NCBI GenBank assembly: GCA_031409335.1
Contig: JANNWY010000002.1
Location: 24,433-88,432, forward strand
DNA: 64,000 nt
Direction: 5' to 3'
From: Chthoniobacteraceae bacterium
GTDB lineage: Bacteria > Verrucomicrobiota > Verrucomicrobiia > Chthoniobacterales > Chthoniobacteraceae
Part shown: piece after piece, positions 58,131-64,000 of the stretch
How the letters are laid out: each line of letters starts with the position of its first letter
Position numbering within the stretch: the stretch's first letter is position 1
Made by a program: the position numbers and the translations under genes
The notes under the pieces: model-generated
Told to the model about the DNA's origin: nothing
The model's input: only the letters and a program-made list of their open reading frames with translations
Databases searched by the model: none

Positions 58131-58826
58131 TTACTTGGCAGCGGGTGCGGCCGCCGCTGGTGAGGGCGCCTCCGACTTTACTTCTTTGAGCGGATGGCTT
58201 CGGTCTAGCGAGAGCATGTAAGCGACTAGTTCGCGCGCTTCAGCTTTCGGGACGATTTCAAAACCGTCTTCGACATTCACCTGATCCGCAGGCAGCGCGT
58301 CTTTGGAACGCGCACCGCTGATCCTCCGCTTCTCGAATAAATACGGATAAGGCGGCATGTTGGATTCCGTGATGATCGCCGTTGGTTTGTAAAGATGGAG
58401 ATAGTGCCACGCGGCATCGCGTTTCGCGGGGCGGCGCGGGTCATTCTCGGCTTCATTGCGCCACGTTTTCGCACCGACATTGGCGAGATCCGGACCGAGC
58501 CGGCTGTTGCCGAGAAATGTCGTCGCGTCGTAAATATAATCGCGCGCGACGGTGCGGCGTTCGCCCCAGCCGCGCGGCTGGTCTTCGCCATTCTGCGTGT
58601 CGCGGACCTGCTGCGAATGGCACACGATACAGCCCTCGCTGGCATACACTTTCGCGCCATACTTCACACGATCGGTCGGATAGACATCGATGATTTTTCC
58701 CTCGTCATCCCGCGTCACCTGCGCCTGCAGGCCGCCGATTTGCGCCTGCGGCACGAGGACCATCGCAAACACCGACACGGCGAGCGATCCGAAGATTCCG
58801 GCAATAAGAGGAGTGGAGCGGCTCAT
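58131..58826 (-). CDS. ccoO: cbb3-type subunit II-like monoheme cytochrome (CcoO-like)
   Basis: YASEGCIVCHSQQVR, RLGPDLANVG, WHYLHLYKP, SNMP. Confidence 0.85.
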   Translation of the reverse strand: MSRSTPLIAGIFGSLAVSVFAMVLVPQAQIGGLQAQVTRDDEGKIIDVYPTDRVKYGAKVYASEGCIVCHSQQVRDTQNGEDQPRGWGERRTVARDYIYDATTFLGNSRLGPDLANVGAKTWRNEAENDPRRPAKRDAAWHYLHLYKPTAIITESNMPPYPYLFEKRRISGARSKDALPADQVNVEDGFEIVPKAEARELVAYMLSLDRSHPLKEVKSEAPSPAAAAPAAK

Positions 58827-58829
58827 GTC

Positions 58830-60323
58830 TTAATGTTCGTGGGTTTCAAAAACGGTCGCGCTGCCGCCGGGCTGGCCGATGCGCAGCAGCATCAAGAGAA
58901 AATGGATGGCGAAGATCGCGTGACCGAGCGTCATCATGAAGGTGGCCATGATTCTGCCCGCGAGATATTCGAGGCTCGATCCGATGACCTGGCTGAAAAG
59001 CGATTCCGGGTCCGCCATGCGTCCACCCATCGAGATGCCAGTGAGCAGAAACATGATGACAATCATGCTGCCGCCGTAGGCCGCGCCCCAAAAATGGAAT
59101 TTGATCAGCGACGAGGACAACCATTCGCAGCCAACGAGTCGCGGCGTGATGTAATAGATCGCACCAAAAATCACCATGCTGAAAAAACCATAGAGCAGCA
59201 GGAACTGCTGGCCTTCCAGCCACGGTGTGAAGTGGAGATACTTATCGAAGGAACGCAATGAACTGAACACGCCCAGCACGCTGCCGAGGGCAAACATCAC
59301 GACGCCGAAGAACGTGAACCGAATGGTCGGGCTCTGATAAACCATGTGCGTCGCACCTTTCATGGTGAGCAAAAGATTCGCGGTCACGGTCGCGATCGGC
59401 ACGATCATCATGATGTTTGCGGCTATGCTCAGTGTCACCAGCCATGCCGGGACGGGTCCACCGCTGAGGCGCAACATGCCGGTGAGGCCGCCGAGAAAGG
59501 CGAAAGACCAAAAACCAATCGAAGCCAGGTTATAGCTGTGGATCGGGCGATTCGCGACCTTTGGAACAAGGTAATATGCGGCCGCAAGACCGATCGCCGT
59601 GAACCACCAAATGTTGAGGCTTTGCGTAAACCAAGATGCGATGACGACCGGCATGACCCCGCGGATTTCCGGGAGTGATGTAAGCAGATTCGCGATCGCA
59701 AATACCCACGGGAACCAAAAGAACGCGCCAAGCAGATACCAGACCGAGATGAAAGCCAGCGCCTCCTTCCGCGCGCGGAAAAGCGCGGCACCCCAAAGGC
59801 CGATGAATAGGAATCCCGAAAACATGATCCACATCGCACCGTGCGGCATTTCCATGCCTTCGATGCCAGTGGACTGGCCGAGGAGCACCTGCCAGACACC
59901 GAGGGTGAGACCGACGTTCCAAACGATCGCGCCAAAGATGAGCAGGCCGGGAGCCTTGATCGGAACGCGGCAGAGACGCGCCATTAACCAAATGCCGACA
60001 CCCATGCCCGCGAGGCTGCACCAGCCGTAAGTGAAGGCGAGATTGTAGGCGGGAACGATGCGGCCGTAGGTGGTAATCGCCCACTCGCTGAGGAAGTTTG
60101 GGAAGTAGAGCTTTAACGAGGCGATGAGTCCGAAAACGGTCGCGCCAAAGAGCCACGCAATCGCCGTGGCAAAAAACCAGAGCACCGCCGTGGAAGTGGA
60201 TTTGTCGATCTGCGCCCGCTCGATTGCATACTGGGCGCTCGAAGTTCCGGCACCGGCAGCGGCACCGATCGGCGCGACAGTTTTCTCGGAAGTCTGCGTG
60301 GGATTCTCAGCAACGGCGGTCAT
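58830..60323 (-). CDS. cbb3-type subunit I-like (CcoN-like) protein lacking metal-ligand histidines
   Basis: CcoN scaffold motifs TYGRI, FISVWY, YYLVPK...PIHS, HFTPW, YYITPRL, FHFW; canonical His positions substituted. Confidence 0.82.
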   Translation of the reverse strand: MTAVAENPTQTSEKTVAPIGAAAGAGTSSAQYAIERAQIDKSTSTAVLWFFATAIAWLFGATVFGLIASLKLYFPNFLSEWAITTYGRIVPAYNLAFTYGWCSLAGMGVGIWLMARLCRVPIKAPGLLIFGAIVWNVGLTLGVWQVLLGQSTGIEGMEMPHGAMWIMFSGFLFIGLWGAALFRARKEALAFISVWYLLGAFFWFPWVFAIANLLTSLPEIRGVMPVVIASWFTQSLNIWWFTAIGLAAAYYLVPKVANRPIHSYNLASIGFWSFAFLGGLTGMLRLSGGPVPAWLVTLSIAANIMMIVPIATVTANLLLTMKGATHMVYQSPTIRFTFFGVVMFALGSVLGVFSSLRSFDKYLHFTPWLEGQQFLLLYGFFSMVIFGAIYYITPRLVGCEWLSSSLIKFHFWGAAYGGSMIVIMFLLTGISMGGRMADPESLFSQVIGSSLEYLAGRIMATFMMTLGHAIFAIHFLLMLLRIGQPGGSATVFETHEH

Positions 60324-60934
60324 TTCGATTCGGTCCAGTTGATCAGCGGAGGGCGGGACGGTGCGCCTGCGGAAAGAGGCGGGACGGCTGGCGCGGGAAT
60401 GGCCGTTTCCGCGGGCGCAGGTGGAAGCGGCAGCGGAGGCGGCGGCGGAGTCGGCGCGGCGGGCGCGGGTGCCGCAGGCGGCAGCGCGGCGGGCACGGGT
60501 GCAAATGGGTTGCTGAATTGGACCAAGTCAGCGCCCTGGGGGGCGGATGGCATTGGTAGTGGCGGCGGCTCCGTGGACTTGGGGTCAATGACTGGCGGAG
60601 GCATTGGCGCAGGCAGTTTCACTTCAGACTTGGTGATCTTTTTTCCCTTCAATTCGACAGCGACCACTTTCATCGCCTCTTCGATCGGCACCTGCACTTC
60701 ACCCTTTTCTTTGTTGACCCATGCGACGGTCTGAAGTTTCGCGGACCATTCCGTCTCCAGTTCTTCCCGCTTTTTCAAGCGAGCCGTGCCGCGCTCGGCG
60801 TCCACGAGGTCGGCCTTGGGGGCACGCATTTTTGTCCAGGCCACGATGACGGCGGCAAAAACCGCAAGACAGCCGATTCCCATCAGGAATGTGACGATGC
60901 TGCTCGGCGCGCGTTGTGAATTGATCGAGGCCAT
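60320..60934 (-). CDS. ActG-like alternative complex III accessory subunit with Pro-rich tail
   Basis: Single TM; LQTVAWVNKEKGEVQVPIEEAM; lies directly after actF. Confidence 0.65.
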   Translation of the reverse strand: MASINSQRAPSSIVTFLMGIGCLAVFAAVIVAWTKMRAPKADLVDAERGTARLKKREELETEWSAKLQTVAWVNKEKGEVQVPIEEAMKVVAVELKGKKITKSEVKLPAPMPPPVIDPKSTEPPPLPMPSAPQGADLVQFSNPFAPVPAALPPAAPAPAAPTPPPPPLPLPPAPAETAIPAPAVPPLSAGAPSRPPLINWTESK

Positions 60935-60935
60935 G

Positions 60936-62159
60936 TCAGTTCGTGAGTTTGATCGACTCGGCGAGCCGCGGGTCGCGCGTTGGAAAAAGGTTGGTTTGTC
61001 CGAGTTTCTTTAGGAAGAGCCACCCGAAGAATCCACCGATGCCAATCAATGATGAAATATCAAAGAGGCTCGGCGAGAAGCCTGTGCCGTGCAGGGCAGG
61101 AAGGACGATGATGTAGATATCGACGGCCTGCATGAAGAGAATCCAACCTGCGACCATGCAAAGGTATTTGGGGTTCTTCTTTGTCCACTGCATGAGCAAA
61201 ATCGGGAACGGAAGGAAGAAGCGTCCGACGACCAGGAAAGTGCTGAGGACATTCCAGAAACCCACATTCCGGATGCGGTAGTAAATCGTTTCCTCGGGAA
61301 TGTTCGCGTACCAAATGAGCATGTACTGCGAGAAGCCGATGTAGGCCCAGAAGATCGTGAACGCTAACATGAACTTACCCATGATGTGGTAATGCTCGAT
61401 GCTGACTGGCTTGAGGTAGCCTTTGTTCTTCAGCGCGGTGACGATGAGCACCAGCAGCGACATGGAACTGCCCGCCGCGCCGGCGAACAGATAGACGCCC
61501 CACATCGTCGAGAACCAGTGATGGTCCAATGCCATCAGCCAGTCGATGCCTGCGAACGTGATGCACAATGCGAGCGCAGGGATGCCACCGATGCCGAATT
61601 TCCGCATGACGATCGTGTGGCGCGAAGCGCCGTCCGAATCCTGCGTGACGGAGCGCTTCTTCAGCGAGAGCGCGACGAAACTCAACAGGACGAAATAGAT
61701 GATCGCGCGGATGACGAAAAAAGTATGATTCAGGTAACCAGATTTTTCATCGAGCAAGACGTCCTTGCCGTGCGGGATGGACCACCATTTCCAGAGGAGA
61801 AGGTTGTCTTTGCCGAGAATGTCAGTCCCGAAAAGCAGCAATGGAATGAAGAAGATCGCGAAGTATGGAAGCAGGCTCGCCGCATTCTCCAACTGCCGCC
61901 GCACCACGACTGACCACGCGGCGTCCGTGGCGTGATGCAGGCATGTCCAGAAAAGTGTGCCGATCGCGATCGTGAAGAAATACGCGAAGGCGAAAAGCCA
62001 TGAAAAGGATGCCTGCTGCCGCCAGAAGAGGAAGCCAACAAAGCTAATGCCGCAGCCAATGGCACCGGCTCCGAGCAGCAGCTTCGGCAGGTTGCCGAGA
62101 TGCTTGTTGTCGAACCTTTCGGCGTCGGGTGGTGTGAGGGCGTGGGAGTGGTCGCTCAT
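60936..62159 (-). CDS. actF: Alternative complex III membrane subunit F
   Basis: WSVVVRR, DWLMAL..HWFST, FWAYIGFSQYMLIWYANIPEET, DPRL. Confidence 0.9.
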   Translation of the reverse strand: MSDHSHALTPPDAERFDNKHLGNLPKLLLGAGAIGCGISFVGFLFWRQQASFSWLFAFAYFFTIAIGTLFWTCLHHATDAAWSVVVRRQLENAASLLPYFAIFFIPLLLFGTDILGKDNLLLWKWWSIPHGKDVLLDEKSGYLNHTFFVIRAIIYFVLLSFVALSLKKRSVTQDSDGASRHTIVMRKFGIGGIPALALCITFAGIDWLMALDHHWFSTMWGVYLFAGAAGSSMSLLVLIVTALKNKGYLKPVSIEHYHIMGKFMLAFTIFWAYIGFSQYMLIWYANIPEETIYYRIRNVGFWNVLSTFLVVGRFFLPFPILLMQWTKKNPKYLCMVAGWILFMQAVDIYIIVLPALHGTGFSPSLFDISSLIGIGGFFGWLFLKKLGQTNLFPTRDPRLAESIKLTN

Positions 62160-62840
62160 TTACTTCGTCTCCTGCAAAGTCTTTTGCTGCTCGGCGGAAA
62201 GGTCGGCAAGTTTGCCGGCCTGGCTGCGCTGGAGCGCCCGGATGTAGGCTACGATCGCCCAGCGGTCTTCGACGGCAATGTTCGCGCCGTAGGCACCCAT
62301 CGTGTTTTTGCCATTGGTGATGGTGTGGTAAAGCTGACCGTCGGGCATCGTCTTGTAGAGGTCGAGTTGCAAATTCGCGATGGCGGCGAGGCCGTAACTG
62401 CCGACGATGCCATTGCCCGTGCCGACGCGACCGTGGCAGACGATGCAGTGGATGTTGTAACGCTCCTGCCCGCGCTTCACGAATTGCTCAGTGACTTCCA
62501 CCGGGATGCCATCCCCAAATGAATCACCCATCGCGCCGGTATTGAAATAGTCCGGCTGATTGGTGAAGCCCGCTGGCTTCAACGAAGCATTGCGCGCGCT
62601 GGCTTGGAGGTAGGCGCCGGGCACCGTGTAACCCATTGGGATGGTGCCGGTGACTGGCTTGCGCGCGGCACTTCCATCCGCGAAAAAACTGCTCGCGTGT
62701 TGCGGCTGGTATTTGGGCTGGTGATCCATGTCCCGGAAAATCTCGATCGGCGGAACCGCGCTTTTGGAACCGCGAAATCCGGCGAGCGCGAGCACCGTGG
62801 CTCCCGCGATCAGCATTGTGGCGAAGAAGAAGCGCAACAT
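62160..62840 (-). CDS. actE: Alternative complex III monoheme subunit E
   Basis: DMDHQPKY, FFADG..AR, RGQERYNIHCIVCHG, DRWAIVAYIRALQ. Confidence 0.9.
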   Translation of the reverse strand: MLRFFFATMLIAGATVLALAGFRGSKSAVPPIEIFRDMDHQPKYQPQHASSFFADGSAARKPVTGTIPMGYTVPGAYLQASARNASLKPAGFTNQPDYFNTGAMGDSFGDGIPVEVTEQFVKRGQERYNIHCIVCHGRVGTGNGIVGSYGLAAIANLQLDLYKTMPDGQLYHTITNGKNTMGAYGANIAVEDRWAIVAYIRALQRSQAGKLADLSAEQQKTLQETK

Positions 62841-62842
62841 GG

Positions 62843-63387
62843 TCAGTCGTGAATGAGCGTGACGTGCTGGCCGCCGATGGATTCGAGCAGCTCGCGCGTC
62901 TTCGCCTCGGAGAAACGCGGGTCGGCGGCTTCGATGATGAGGAAAAAGCCGTCATCGGTGACGCGCTTGAAGCGTTCCCAATTAAAGACCGGATGATACC
63001 AGCGCGGGAGCTGCGTCATGACGAGCAGCGTGCCGATGATGGTGAACGCCGAGAGTAGAATCGTCAGCTCGAACATGATCGGGAAGAACGCGGGCGTGCT
63101 GAAGAAATTGGTGGGTTTGCCGTGAACGATCAACGGGTAGAGCAGGAAGGATGGAATGAACGTGAGTCCGATCGCCGTGGCGAAGCCCGTCGCACCGCCG
63201 CCGAGCACCGGCGCGGACAGCCAGGATTTTCCAAGACCCATCGCGGCGTCCATGCCATGCACCGGGAAGGGTGTATGCACGTCCCATTTCTTGAAACCCG
63301 CGTCACGAATTTTTTCCGCGGCAGCTAGCAGGTCGGCGGCGCTGGAAAACTCCGCGCCGAGTCCATAAACTTTGAGCGATTCACCCA

Positions 63388-63388
<1 letters not shown>
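62843..63388 (-). CDS. actD: Alternative complex III subunit D (DUF3341)
   Basis: HTPFPVHGMD, GKP, FELTIL, DDGFFL. Confidence 0.9.

Positions 63389-64000
<612 letters not shown>

Overview
High-GC bacterial window whose gene content (DUF1501/DUF1549-DUF1553 module, CotH/lamin-tail protein, BlaI-M56 pair, Tat-Gfo/Idh/MocA, sulfatase) suggests a PVC-group, probably Verrucomicrobia-like, chromosome (inference). From left to right: a DUF1501-DUF1549/1553-PPC module; an EF-hand sulfatase; alpha-2-macroglobulin and pbpC separated by an antisense ACP-FGE/SUMF1 fusion gene; rhaA with a sugar ABC transporter; sucCD interrupted by a small-ORF/nucleotidyltransferase pair and a VOC gene; a CotH protein; BlaI-M56; gmhB-like; a ~2,250-aa protein with macroglobulin-like motifs; hicAB-ychF; and a >15-kb minus-strand respiratory cluster. 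That cluster holds alternative complex III actC-D-E-F-G, ccoN-like, ccoO-like, two cytochromes c, aa3-type oxidase subunits I/III/IV/II, ctaA, ctaB, SCO and DUF420. The most striking signals are in the respiratory cluster: the CcoN-like subunit lacks all six canonical metal-ligand histidines, the A-family subunit I lacks the K-channel lysine, and one cytochrome c has Leu at the expected distal Met position. Several REP/REPIN-like palindromes are present, one of them inserted in frame inside a gene. No rRNA, tRNA, CRISPR array or transposase was seen. All assignments come from motif recognition by eye; no searches were run.
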